The notes: a model not told the origin generated them from the sequence alone. Positions 39,909 to 48,774 are shown, numbered from the stretch's first letter. The stretch: 64,000 bases of DNA from Gordonia sp. (in: high G+C Gram-positive bacteria) (GCA_047605305.1 JASGFW010000003.1:896-64895); one strand, 5' to 3'. Numbers and translations are program-made.

Positions 39909-40769
39909 GTGATGGCCAAGGTGATCGCCACCATTAGTTTGAAAGGTGGTGTCGGGAAAACCACGGTGACGGCCGGACTCGCGGAGTTCATGTCAGCCGA
40001 GTTTGGCCAGCGGGTGCTGCTGATCGATCTCGATTCCCAGATTAACCTCACCACCATGATGATCAGTGAGGCCCGGTGGTTCGAGTTGAATACCAACGGG
40101 CGCACGCTGGCCGCATTGTTTGCCGATGCCATCAGTGGGACGAGTTACTTCGATCTGGACCGCTCGATCCAGCGGGGAGTGTCGCCGGTGACGCGAGTGA
40201 CTACGGTGGACTTGCTGGCGTCGTCGCTCGACCTCATCGAAGTTCAAGAGGAGCTGAGCGCGATGCGCGTCGGCGGCAGAGACCCCAAGGGCGCGGTGAC
40301 TATTCTACGCAAGGCAATTGCCCCGATCATCGGTTTCTATGATTACGTCTTGATCGATTGCCCGCCCACCATTGGTCCGGTGACACTTAACGGACTTGCG
40401 GCCGCCGATGCCTACATCATCCCGACCATTCCGGATCATCTGTCCACGTATGGGATTCCGCAGATTCAGAGTCGGGTACGTCGCTTCGGTGAGGAGATTG
40501 GTCGCACTGTAATCGAACTGGGCGTGGTGATTACCAAGTTCAAATCCAATTCAACGGTGCACCGGTCCACCACCAGGCGACTACGGCGCGACCAGACCAT
40601 TGCGCATGTCTTGCCCAGCTATATCAATGAAGCGAATTCTATTGCCGCATCGGCAGAGTTCGCACCGTATGGAACATTGAAGGCAAAGTATGGCGCCCAG
40701 GGGCAGTTCGATCAGTTCCGTGGTCTGACCACCGATGTGATGACCGAAGCGCAGGAGAAGATTCGATGA
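39909..40769 (+). CDS. ParA/MinD-family ATPase, cassette protein D
   Basis: Deviant Walker A SLKGGVGKTT, LLIDLDSQ, and VLIDCPP (Walker B region). GTG at 39909 or ATG at 39912, with GAGGGGAG upstream. Confidence 0.85.
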   Translation: MMAKVIATISLKGGVGKTTVTAGLAEFMSAEFGQRVLLIDLDSQINLTTMMISEARWFELNTNGRTLAALFADAISGTSYFDLDRSIQRGVSPVTRVTTVDLLASSLDLIEVQEELSAMRVGGRDPKGAVTILRKAIAPIIGFYDYVLIDCPPTIGPVTLNGLAAADAYIIPTIPDHLSTYGIPQIQSRVRRFGEEIGRTVIELGVVITKFKSNSTVHRSTTRRLRRDQTIAHVLPSYINEANSIAASAEFAPYGTLKAKYGAQGQFDQFRGLTTDVMTEAQEKIR

Positions 40770-41257
40770 GTTCCGATGATGCTCGCCGCAGAGTGGGGTA
40801 CCAGGCCGTCGCGGGCGCGCTGGCACAGCTTGATGTCAAGAATCCGGTCGCTGCACAACTCATCGCCGGGCTTACACAAGCTGTCATCGACGAGGCTGAC
40901 CGCTCGGCGCGTTTCGCCGCGGCACTGGCGCGCGTCATCGAAGCGCTGCGCCCAAACGACGGTACGACGATCGCCGTGCCCGTCCCGTCGCCGCGTAAAC
41001 CTGCGGCGGCACCGAGGCGGCGTGTGGTGCGTGCTCCCGGCGCGCTCGATCCCTTCGTGGTCTATCGGGAATCCGGCGCACTTGGTTTGACTTCACAGCT
41101 GGGGGAGCTGACCGTCGATCAACTTCGGGACATCATCGCCGAACAGGAACTAGACACCCGTAAGGAGACCGGGCGCAAGCGGAAACCGGAGGTCCTTGTG
41201 GTGTGGATCGTCGAACGGGTCGAGGCATCGGAGAATAAGGGGAGTGTCTTTCGGTAG
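40766..41257 (+). CDS. Hypothetical protein E of the cassette, 163 aa, Ala/Pro/Arg-rich linker and charged C-terminal region
   Basis: ATGA overlap with the ParA-like gene stop. No family was recognised. Confidence 0.65.
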   Translation: MSSDDARRRVGYQAVAGALAQLDVKNPVAAQLIAGLTQAVIDEADRSARFAAALARVIEALRPNDGTTIAVPVPSPRKPAAAPRRRVVRAPGALDPFVVYRESGALGLTSQLGELTVDQLRDIIAEQELDTRKETGRKRKPEVLVVWIVERVEASENKGSVFR

Positions 41258-41473
41258 GGCGAACTTGCCATCGGAGGCGTGTCTGGCAGAGTTGGCAGTG
41301 GATCGCCCGTGGGGTCCGGTTCTGGTTCCCGCGGTTGTTATGCCTCCCGGGACTTTGCGTACATCGCACCTCTCGCGGAGTATGCTGTTTCTGCAGGCGC
41401 CGTCGACATCTCCGATTCCGAGTGCTCCCGGTCTCCATGGCCGGGTTCATTGCGGCCCGTATTAGGCAAAAGC

Positions 41474-42271
41474 TTATGGCAGGTGCCCTTCGCCCGCGGG
41501 CGGCAGACGAGGCACGGCATCGATTAGCGCCCGGGTATAGGGATGCGCCGGGGCGGCGAGCACGTCGGCGGTACGTCCGTGCTCGACCACCTCGCCGCGG
41601 CATAGAACCAGCACCTCGTCGCATAGGCGGCGGACGACGCCGAGATCATGCGATACCAGGATCAGCGATAATCCCAGGTTTGCGACCGACGATTCGACGA
41701 GACGCAGAATGTCGGCACGCACCGTGGCATCCAGTGCCGAGAACGGTTCGTCGCCGATGAGTACGGCGGGCCGTGGTGCCAAGGCCCGTGCGATGGCGAT
41801 GCGTTGGCGCTGGCCTCCGGAGAACTGGTGTGGGAAAAGCGATCCGGCGTCTGCGTCGAGGCCGACGGCCGCCAGTAGTTCGGCAACCCGTGCATCATTG
41901 TCGCCGTCGATGCGTAAGCATTCCAGGGGTTCGGCGATGATGTCGCGTACCCGCATCCGCGGATCCAGGCTCCGGTAGGGGTCTTGCAGCACCACCTGCA
42001 CCTCGCGGCGGAACCACGACATATCGCGGGCAGTCGTCACCGCGCGCCCGCGAAATCGCACTGTTCCGGCGTCTGGTTGTTCCAGCCCGAGGAGTAGACG
42101 CAGCAGCGTCGACTTACCCGCCCCGGATTCACCGACAATCCCGACCCTTCCGCCCTCGGGCAGCGTGACGCTCACATCGGTTAACGCCTGGCGCACACCG
42201 CCGCTGCGCAATAGTGAGGGCCGCGGTAGTCGGTATGCACGGGTCAATCCGTGGGCTTCCAGTAGCGTCAT
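41474..42271 (-). CDS. ABC transporter ATP-binding protein (DppF/OppF-like)
   Basis: Walker A GESGAGKST, signature SGGQRQR and Walker B VLIGDEPFSALD. ATGA overlap with the upstream ATPase gene. Confidence 0.9.
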   Translation of the reverse strand: MTLLEAHGLTRAYRLPRPSLLRSGGVRQALTDVSVTLPEGGRVGIVGESGAGKSTLLRLLLGLEQPDAGTVRFRGRAVTTARDMSWFRREVQVVLQDPYRSLDPRMRVRDIIAEPLECLRIDGDNDARVAELLAAVGLDADAGSLFPHQFSGGQRQRIAIARALAPRPAVLIGDEPFSALDATVRADILRLVESSVANLGLSLILVSHDLGVVRRLCDEVLVLCRGEVVEHGRTADVLAAPAHPYTRALIDAVPRLPPAGEGHLP

Positions 42272-43041
42272 GGCGCCAACTCCCGGGCCGAGGTGACAAG
42301 TGCGCGCGTGATCGGATCCGACGGTGCGGCCAGCACCTGTTCGAGTGTTCCGGTCTCGCGAACGCGCCCGGCGCCCAGCACCGCAACGCGGCGTGCCACC
42401 TGCGCGAGGACCGCGAGGTCGTGCGTGACGAACACCAGCGCCGTCCCGCGTTCGTCGGTGAGTTGCCGCAGCAGCCGCAAGATTTCGGCCGCAACAGTGA
42501 CATCGAGTGCGGTGGTCGGCTCGTCGGCGATCAGCAATTCCGGTTCCGTAGCCACCGCTGCGGCGATACAGACGCGCTGGCGTTGCCCACCGGAAAGCTG
42601 GTGCGGGAACGCCCGCACCGTCTCCTCAGGATCTGGAAGACCCACTCGCGCAGCCAATTCGATGGCGGCACTGCGCGCGGCCCGACGTGAATAGCCGCGA
42701 TGCAGGCGCAGCGGTTCTGCGATATGTGCGCCCACGCGTTGCAACGGATCCAATGACGAGGCGGGTTCCTGAAAGATCATCGAAATCCGGTTGCCCCGGA
42801 TACGCGATAATTCCCGATCCGGACGGCCGATTAGTTCGGTGCCGTCAAACCGAACGTTTCCGGTCACCGTGGCGGCATCCGGCAGTAACCCCAGGATCGC
42901 CAGCGCCGTCAACGATTTCCCGGATCCCGATTCACCGATGACACCCCACCGCTCACCGCGATCGAGGGCCAGATCGATGCCGTCGAGCAACCTGCGTCCG
43001 CCTATCTCGACAGTCAGGGAGTCAACCTCCAGCAAGCTCAT
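42268..43041 (-). CDS. ABC transporter ATP-binding protein (DppD/OppD-like)
   Basis: The start is set at ATG 43041 (MSLLEVDSLTVEIGG...), which forms an ATGA overlap with the permease stop. Walker A GESGSGKS, signature SGGQRQR and Walker B LLIADEPTTALD are present. The N-terminal 295 codons of the 552 aa track ORF overlap the permease gene out of frame and are rejected. Confidence 0.88.
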   Translation of the reverse strand: MSLLEVDSLTVEIGGRRLLDGIDLALDRGERWGVIGESGSGKSLTALAILGLLPDAATVTGNVRFDGTELIGRPDRELSRIRGNRISMIFQEPASSLDPLQRVGAHIAEPLRLHRGYSRRAARSAAIELAARVGLPDPEETVRAFPHQLSGGQRQRVCIAAAVATEPELLIADEPTTALDVTVAAEILRLLRQLTDERGTALVFVTHDLAVLAQVARRVAVLGAGRVRETGTLEQVLAAPSDPITRALVTSARELAP

Positions 43042-43901
43042 CGTGTGTGCGTACCCCTCGGATCGATCGCATCGCGTATTGAGTCGCCGAGTAGGTTCAG
43101 GCCCAATACTGTCAGCGCGACAGCAAGACCGGGCCACACGACCAGCATCGGTCGGGCGGTGATGTAGGCCTGCTGTTCGTGGAGAATGCCACCCCAGGAC
43201 GGCGTCGACGGCGACGCGCCGTAGCCGAGATAGCTCAACGCGGCCTCCGCGAGCACGGCGAGCGCCGCCACCAGTGACAGTTGCACGACGAGCGTCGGGG
43301 CGACCGCAGGCAATGCGTGCCGTCGGATGATCCGGGCGGTGCGCGCACCGGCTGCCCGCGCCGCGAGGACGTAGTCGGCGGCCAACGCACCTGCGAGCTC
43401 CGCGCGGACGACGCGCGACACGACGACGGAGAAGCTCACTCCGAGTGCGACGATCACGATCGTCGTTGACGGACCGTACATGGCGGTCAGCACCATCGCC
43501 AGCAGGATCGTGGGGATGGCAATCACCACGTCGATCAGCTGGACTACTGCGGCGGCCAGCGGGCGCGGCGTGAGCGCAACGATCAATGCGAGTGTGCCGC
43601 CTAAGATTCCGGAGAACACGGCAGTCCCCACCGCCACCGCGAGGGTCTGCCGTGCAGCGGCCACCAGGAGGCTGAACTGGTCGCGGCCCACGCGATCGGT
43701 ACCGAGTAGATGCCCGCCCTGAAATGGCAGCAACCAAGCGTGTTCGGGATCGGTGGCCTGCGGATCGAATGGGGTCCACACTGCGCCGATGACGGATGCC
43801 GCCACGAGTATCGACACCACCGCCACGCCAAAGGCGCCCGTGGGGGTTCGGAGTACGGTGCCGAGCACGGCCCGTCCGCGGCCATCGCGTGTCGCGCTCA
43901 T
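43038..43901 (-). CDS. ABC transporter permease (DppC/OppC-like)
   Basis: 287 aa ORF with 6 TM helices and a typical BPD_transp_1 organisation. Confidence 0.88.
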   Translation of the reverse strand: MSATRDGRGRAVLGTVLRTPTGAFGVAVVSILVAASVIGAVWTPFDPQATDPEHAWLLPFQGGHLLGTDRVGRDQFSLLVAAARQTLAVAVGTAVFSGILGGTLALIVALTPRPLAAAVVQLIDVVIAIPTILLAMVLTAMYGPSTTIVIVALGVSFSVVVSRVVRAELAGALAADYVLAARAAGARTARIIRRHALPAVAPTLVVQLSLVAALAVLAEAALSYLGYGASPSTPSWGGILHEQQAYITARPMLVVWPGLAVALTVLGLNLLGDSIRDAIDPRGTHTR

Positions 43902-44848
43902 GCCTGGCCGCCGAGCCGCGGATCAATCAGCCGATGAATGACGTCAACGATGAACCACACCGTGATCACCACCGCGACTACGAGAATCAGTTCCCCCTGC
44001 ACCTTCCCCAGGTCTCGATTGGCGATATCGGTGACGATCATCGATCCGATACCCGGCAGGGTGAACACCTGTTCCACGACGACGGCGCCGCCAAGCAGTG
44101 CCGCTATCTGCAATCCGAGTACCGCGATCACCGGGGCCGCCGCATTGCGGAATCCGTGCCGTACCAGCGCACGGGTCCGGGTGTTGCCGGCCGCGCGTGC
44201 AGCGGTGAGGAATTCCGATGACAGCACACCGAGTACTGCCGAACGCACGAACCGCAACAAGACGGCCCCCTCGGTCAATCCCAATGCCAGCCAGGGCAAT
44301 ACGAGCGATCGCAGTGCTGCACCAGGCTCCGACCAGCCAGCCGATGGGAAGCCCTGCGCGGGCAGGAGTGGTAATCCCACGGCGAACACGGCCACGAGCA
44401 ACAGCGCCAGCCACAGCGAGGGGATAGCGATACCGATCTGTGCTATCGCGCCGACGGCAGCGCCATCGACCCGGCGGGCGCGCACGGCCGCCCACGTTCC
44501 CAAGGGGATAGCCGATCCGGCGCTAATCGCTATGGCGCCCAATGCGAGCGGCACCGAGACCTGCGCCTTGCGCCCCAACTCGCCGACGACCGATGTCCCG
44601 TTCAATGCTGACTTGCCGAGGTTGCCGCTGAGTAGATCGCCGATCCACGACACGTACTGCACGATCAGGGGACGGTCCAAGCCGAGATGGGAGCGGATCG
44701 CTGCGACTTGTTCAGGTGTGGACTCCGTCCCTCCGATGGTCGTCGCCACATCCCCGGGCAGCATGCGCAGCAGTATGAACACCACTACGCTCGCCACCAC
44801 GAGAGATGCCGCCAGCCAGCCCAGTCGGCGCAGTACGTACCATGTCAC
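43898..44848 (-). CDS. ABC transporter permease (DppB/OppB-like)
   Basis: 316 aa ORF. MTWYVLRRLGWLAASLVV... is a typical N-terminus. Confidence 0.88.
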   Translation of the reverse strand: MTWYVLRRLGWLAASLVVASVVVFILLRMLPGDVATTIGGTESTPEQVAAIRSHLGLDRPLIVQYVSWIGDLLSGNLGKSALNGTSVVGELGRKAQVSVPLALGAIAISAGSAIPLGTWAAVRARRVDGAAVGAIAQIGIAIPSLWLALLLVAVFAVGLPLLPAQGFPSAGWSEPGAALRSLVLPWLALGLTEGAVLLRFVRSAVLGVLSSEFLTAARAAGNTRTRALVRHGFRNAAAPVIAVLGLQIAALLGGAVVVEQVFTLPGIGSMIVTDIANRDLGKVQGELILVVAVVITVWFIVDVIHRLIDPRLGGQA

Positions 44849-44849
44849 G

Positions 44850-46415
44850 CTACTTCTCGACGGCCACGTGGGTGAGGTTCAATCGACTCGACGTCTGATT
44901 CGCCGGGACGCCGTACACGCCCTTGCGGACGACGGTGAACGTCTGCGACAGCAGTAGCCAATCGGCCGGTGCGTCCGATGAGATCTGTCGGGCGACCTTC
45001 TTGAGCAATGCGTCCCGATCGGCATCGCTGGCAGCCGTCTGCGACTCCTCGTACCACTGCTTCACCTGTGGGTTGTTGTAGCCGAAGTAGTAGTCGGGCC
45101 GGGTGTAGATATTCAGATCCCGGCTCTCGGCGTGATCAACCAGGCTCAGCTGGTAATTGTGATTGGTGTACACATTGGTCAGCCAGGTCTGGAATTCCAC
45201 CTGGCGCACGGTGAGCGTGATTCCGGCCTGCTTCAGATCGGATACGAGCACATCGGAGATCGTCGTCGGATAGATGTTCGGCACATCGAGGGTCAGCTTC
45301 AACCCGTCTGGGTGGCCGGCGTCGGCGAGCAGTTTTTTCGCTGCCGACACATCATGCGGGTCGATGGACGTCAAATCTTCATACCAGGGATCCTGCGGTG
45401 GTACCGGCGCACCGATGCGCACTCCGGCACCAACTGCCTTGATCACCGCGTCTTTATCGATCGCCTGACGGATCGCGTGCCGTACCCGAGGATCGTTGAG
45501 CGGAGCGACGCGCTCGTTGAACGCGAGCGTGAACTTATCGGTGGTGGAGCCGCGCAATATGGTGAATTTGTCGCCCGAGAAAGGTTGCAGCAGAGTGGAA
45601 TCAGCGGCCGTCTCGACGTCGGTCTGGCCGGTACTTTGGGCGTTGTTCGCGGTGTTGGCTTCCTTGATGTAACTCAGCGCTATCTCGGCGACTTTGGGCT
45701 TTTCGCCCCAGTAGTCGTCGTTGCGAGTCAGCGTGATGCCCGAACCCCGGTTCCAGTTGGCCAACTTGAAGGGACCCGAACCGTTCTCCGCACCATCGAG
45801 TTTCGTGAAGTCGGTGCCCTGGCGGTAGACGATGCCGCCGCGCTGGGCGAGGTTCCACAGCAAAGAGGTGTCGCGCTGTTTGAGCGTGATCTTCAACGTA
45901 TTGGCATCCACTGCCGTGGCCTGTGTAACTGAGGTGAATGCCGATGCGCGCACCGATTTCGAATCCGGGGCGAACTGCTGTTGCAACGACCACGCGGCGT
46001 CGGCGGCGGTCAGCGGCGCGCCGTCGTGGAATCGTGCACCCGATACCAGCTTGAACGTATAGGTGAGACCATCGGCGCTGATATCCCACGATTTCGCGAG
46101 CTGGGGCACGATCTGGTTCTTGTTGGCCGTGTCTATGGTCACCAGGTTCTGGTACACGTTATCGAGCAGGATCTGGTCGAGTGCTGTTCCCGCGGTGGTG
46201 AAGATATTCAGGCTCGTGGGTTCGAGTACCAGTCGCACCTTCAGAGTGGCATTCGTATTCAGTTTATCCGCCGACGGTGCGGCGCCCAGAGATGCCGGAG
46301 CCGAAGAGGTGGTTGCCGGTTGCGCGCCGGTGCCGCACGCCACGAGTGTGGAGGCTGCCAGCACCGCTGACGCGGCGAGCCACATACGGCCGTGGTGAGG
46401 TTTGTGCAGTTTCAT
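44850..46415 (-). CDS. ABC transporter substrate-binding lipoprotein, family 5 (peptide/nickel type)
   Basis: The start is set at ATG 46415 (MKLHKPHHGRMWLAASAVLAASTLVACG, which contains a lipobox), with a GGAGAG RBS upstream. The track ORF starts 33 codons earlier. Confidence 0.85.
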   Translation of the reverse strand: MKLHKPHHGRMWLAASAVLAASTLVACGTGAQPATTSSAPASLGAAPSADKLNTNATLKVRLVLEPTSLNIFTTAGTALDQILLDNVYQNLVTIDTANKNQIVPQLAKSWDISADGLTYTFKLVSGARFHDGAPLTAADAAWSLQQQFAPDSKSVRASAFTSVTQATAVDANTLKITLKQRDTSLLWNLAQRGGIVYRQGTDFTKLDGAENGSGPFKLANWNRGSGITLTRNDDYWGEKPKVAEIALSYIKEANTANNAQSTGQTDVETAADSTLLQPFSGDKFTILRGSTTDKFTLAFNERVAPLNDPRVRHAIRQAIDKDAVIKAVGAGVRIGAPVPPQDPWYEDLTSIDPHDVSAAKKLLADAGHPDGLKLTLDVPNIYPTTISDVLVSDLKQAGITLTVRQVEFQTWLTNVYTNHNYQLSLVDHAESRDLNIYTRPDYYFGYNNPQVKQWYEESQTAASDADRDALLKKVARQISSDAPADWLLLSQTFTVVRKGVYGVPANQTSSRLNLTHVAVEK

Positions 46416-46751
46416 CGTGGGCTCTCCTGACAGGTGAACGGGGTCAATCGCAGATCTGGGGTGAGAGTGCGTGGTTCTACCTCGGTCGGGATCAGCCTCG
46501 GACATGAGCTTCAATCACGCTGTCCCACAATGTCGCCAGGCTGTTTTCTGCAGAATCGAACACCGATAGCAGGCTCACGAAAAGTGAGCATAAGTGGTAG
46601 CCGCAGGCAACCTGGGACATCTGCGCGGGCTGGTTTCATCGGTCCTGGTTGGAGAGAGGAAACCGATAAATTTCACCGCGCGTCTAATTGTCGGTGCCAG
46701 CTAATTTTAAGCGTCGGGTAATCGGGACGTGACTCGCGTCGACGATCGTGG

Positions 46752-47516
46752 CTACCCGGCTTCGTCGGCCATCGCCGCCCGTTCCACCGTGAGCAGGCTG
46801 GCCGAACTGTGCTCGGCGTGGTGAGCGGCGCCGCCGCCACGAACGCCGAACAGCCGTTTGCTCCAGATCAGCCAGACGACGGCGACAACATTGACGAGCA
46901 GCAGCAATATCTTGAACACCGTCACTCGTTCGGCGAGTTCGTATATCTCGAGCGGGATGAACAGGCTGGTGACGATCACCGCGAAGTATTCACCCCATCG
47001 TTTGGCGAACCACAGCCCGAACGCCTCGATGAATTGACTGATGCCGTACGCCAGCAGGGCGCAGCCGGCCAACACGATGGTGACGGTGGATAAGGTGGTG
47101 GCCCGCTCGATCAAGTCCACCACTCGGGAATCGTCGATATTCCAGCCGATCTGGTTGGCGATCGGCCGCAACAGGGGTAGCTCCGCGTCGAATCTCTGGG
47201 CCAGGGTCTGCTGACTGTGACGCAGCTGGATGACGAAGACGCCGGCCACGACGAGAAAGATCCCGCGGATCAATCGTTCGACGGCAAGAAGGCGCATGAT
47301 CACGAGATCGCGGAGCAGGCGGGCTCGTGGCACTTCAGGTGCGTGATCGGCCGGCCCGCCACCGCGCGGTGCGCCGATGACGAAGTCCCCGCACCGCAGA
47401 CAACGCCACGCAATACCAGCGTCCGTCTGTACATGCAGACGGTCGCGCAACTGCGGTTCATCGGGCGCATACGTCGCGTGCCCGCGGATTCCGCAGGAGA
47501 GCACTTCCCAGTCCAC
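46752..47516 (-). CDS. Membrane protein, DUF2127-like, with an N-terminal Cys-containing zinc-ribbon-like segment
   Basis: 254 aa ORF. The N-terminus carries CGIRGH...WRCLRCGDF, followed by four hydrophobic helices. The family call is tentative. Confidence 0.5.
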   Translation of the reverse strand: MDWEVLSCGIRGHATYAPDEPQLRDRLHVQTDAGIAWRCLRCGDFVIGAPRGGGPADHAPEVPRARLLRDLVIMRLLAVERLIRGIFLVVAGVFVIQLRHSQQTLAQRFDAELPLLRPIANQIGWNIDDSRVVDLIERATTLSTVTIVLAGCALLAYGISQFIEAFGLWFAKRWGEYFAVIVTSLFIPLEIYELAERVTVFKILLLLVNVVAVVWLIWSKRLFGVRGGGAAHHAEHSSASLLTVERAAMADEAG

Positions 47517-47560
47517 TTGAGCAGGTTAGCGCGCGATCCTGGGCGTTTTCTGGGGGCGAT

Positions 47561-47602
47561 TTGGGTCTGAGCTCGTCATTCTCTACACTTGAACGGTTGC
47601 CT
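47561..47602 (+). promoter_or_regulatory. r-protein promoter-like element P3 (TTGGGT-17 nt-TACACT-TGnnn-GGTTGCCT) upstream of rpsH
   Basis: Same architecture as P1 and P2, including the upstream ATTTG. It is followed by a hairpin (47620-47640) and GACGGGTG (47644-47651). The leader before rpsH is about 225 nt. Confidence 0.55.
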
Positions 47603-47820
47603 GTGCACCTTGGCGTGCCCGCGTGGTGATTCATCACGCGGCCGACGGGTGTGCCGGCGCACAAGTGAATAGTCGCCGGTGCCGGTGAAAAGCCAGGGGC
47701 ATCGGTGACGAGAACCTTAAACAACTATCCACTTCGTGGAAGGCCCACCGCAGGTCAGGGGAAGTTTCCTGACGATCTGCGTTGTATGGGAACCGCTACG
47801 AGAAAGGTTGACGGTCAACT

Positions 47821-48219
47821 ATGACCATGACTGACCCGATCGCAGACTTCTTGACGCGTCTGCGCAACGCCAATTCGGCGTACCACGACGAGGTGACTCT
47901 CCCGTCGTCGAAGCTCAAGGTGAATATCGCCGAGATCTTGAAGCGCGAGGGCTACATCACCGATTACCGCACCGAAGATGCGGAGGTCGGCCGTAACCTC
48001 GTCGTTACCCTGAAGTATGGCCCCTCCCGTGAGCGCAGCATTGCCGGCTTGCGCCGCGTGTCCAAGCCGGGCCTGCGGGTGTATGCAAAGTCCACCAACT
48101 TGCCCAAGGTTCTGGGCGGCCTCGGCGTGGCCATCATCTCCACGTCGTCGGGCCTGCTCACCGACCGCCAGGCAGCCAACCAGGGCGTGGGCGGCGAAGT
48201 CCTCGCCTACGTCTGGTAG
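47821..48219 (+). CDS. rpsH: 30S ribosomal protein S8
   Basis: [18 protein letters not shown]... is a canonical S8 sequence. Confidence 0.98.
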   Translation: MTMTDPIADFLTRLRNANSAYHDEVTLPSSKLKVNIAEILKREGYITDYRTEDAEVGRNLVVTLKYGPSRERSIAGLRRVSKPGLRVYAKSTNLPKVLGGLGVAIISTSSGLLTDRQAANQGVGGEVLAYVW

Positions 48220-48234
48220 GGGAGACACTAAACA

Positions 48235-48771
48235 ATGTCGCGTATCGGTAAGAACCCCATCGAAATTCCCGCTGGCGTCACCGTCGCCATCGACGGCTCG
48301 ACGGTCTCCGTCAAGGGCCCCAAAGGGGAATTGAGCCACACCGTCACCTCGCCCATCGAGGTGGCACAGGAGGGCAACACCATTGTGGTGACTCGCCCCA
48401 ACGACGAGCGTCGTAACCGTGCTTTGCACGGCCTGAACCGCACCCTGGTCGCCAACCTCATCGAGGGCGTCACCAAGGGCTACACCAACAAGATGGAAAT
48501 CTTCGGTGTCGGCTACCGCGTCCAGGCCAAGGGCAACGATCTTGAGTTCGCGCTCGGCTACAGCCATCCCGTGCCGATCGAGGCTCCCGAGGGCATCACC
48601 TTTGCCGTCGAGTCGCCCACCAAGTTCTCGGTCTCGGGTATCGACAAGCAGAAGGTCGGCCAGATCTCGGCGAACATCCGCCGCCTGCGTCGCCCCGACC
48701 CGTACAAGGGCAAGGGCATTCGCTACGAGGGTGAGCAGATCCGGCGCAAGGTCGGAAAGACGGGTAAGTAA
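48235..48771 (+). CDS. rplF: 50S ribosomal protein L6
   Basis: [17 protein letters not shown]... matches L6. Confidence 0.98.
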   Translation: MSRIGKNPIEIPAGVTVAIDGSTVSVKGPKGELSHTVTSPIEVAQEGNTIVVTRPNDERRNRALHGLNRTLVANLIEGVTKGYTNKMEIFGVGYRVQAKGNDLEFALGYSHPVPIEAPEGITFAVESPTKFSVSGIDKQKVGQISANIRRLRRPDPYKGKGIRYEGEQIRRKVGKTGK

Positions 48772-48774
48772 GCC

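Noticed and set aside
33459-41473. Mobile-element borders (att-like direct repeats, integrase, transposase) around the GHKL/Z1 cassette.
   Set aside because: No recombinase ORF exists in or near the island. The only similarities between the two flanks are short TGGCGAG/TGGCAG motifs, which are too weak to call. Foreign origin rests on codon usage and synteny only.
43042-43926. N-terminal 295 codons of the 552 aa track ORF (42268-43926, minus strand).
   Set aside because: This part is Arg/Pro/Gly-rich nonsense that overlaps the DppC-like permease gene in another frame. The ATPase domain begins at MSLLEVD (ATG 43041), which forms an ATGA junction with the permease stop.
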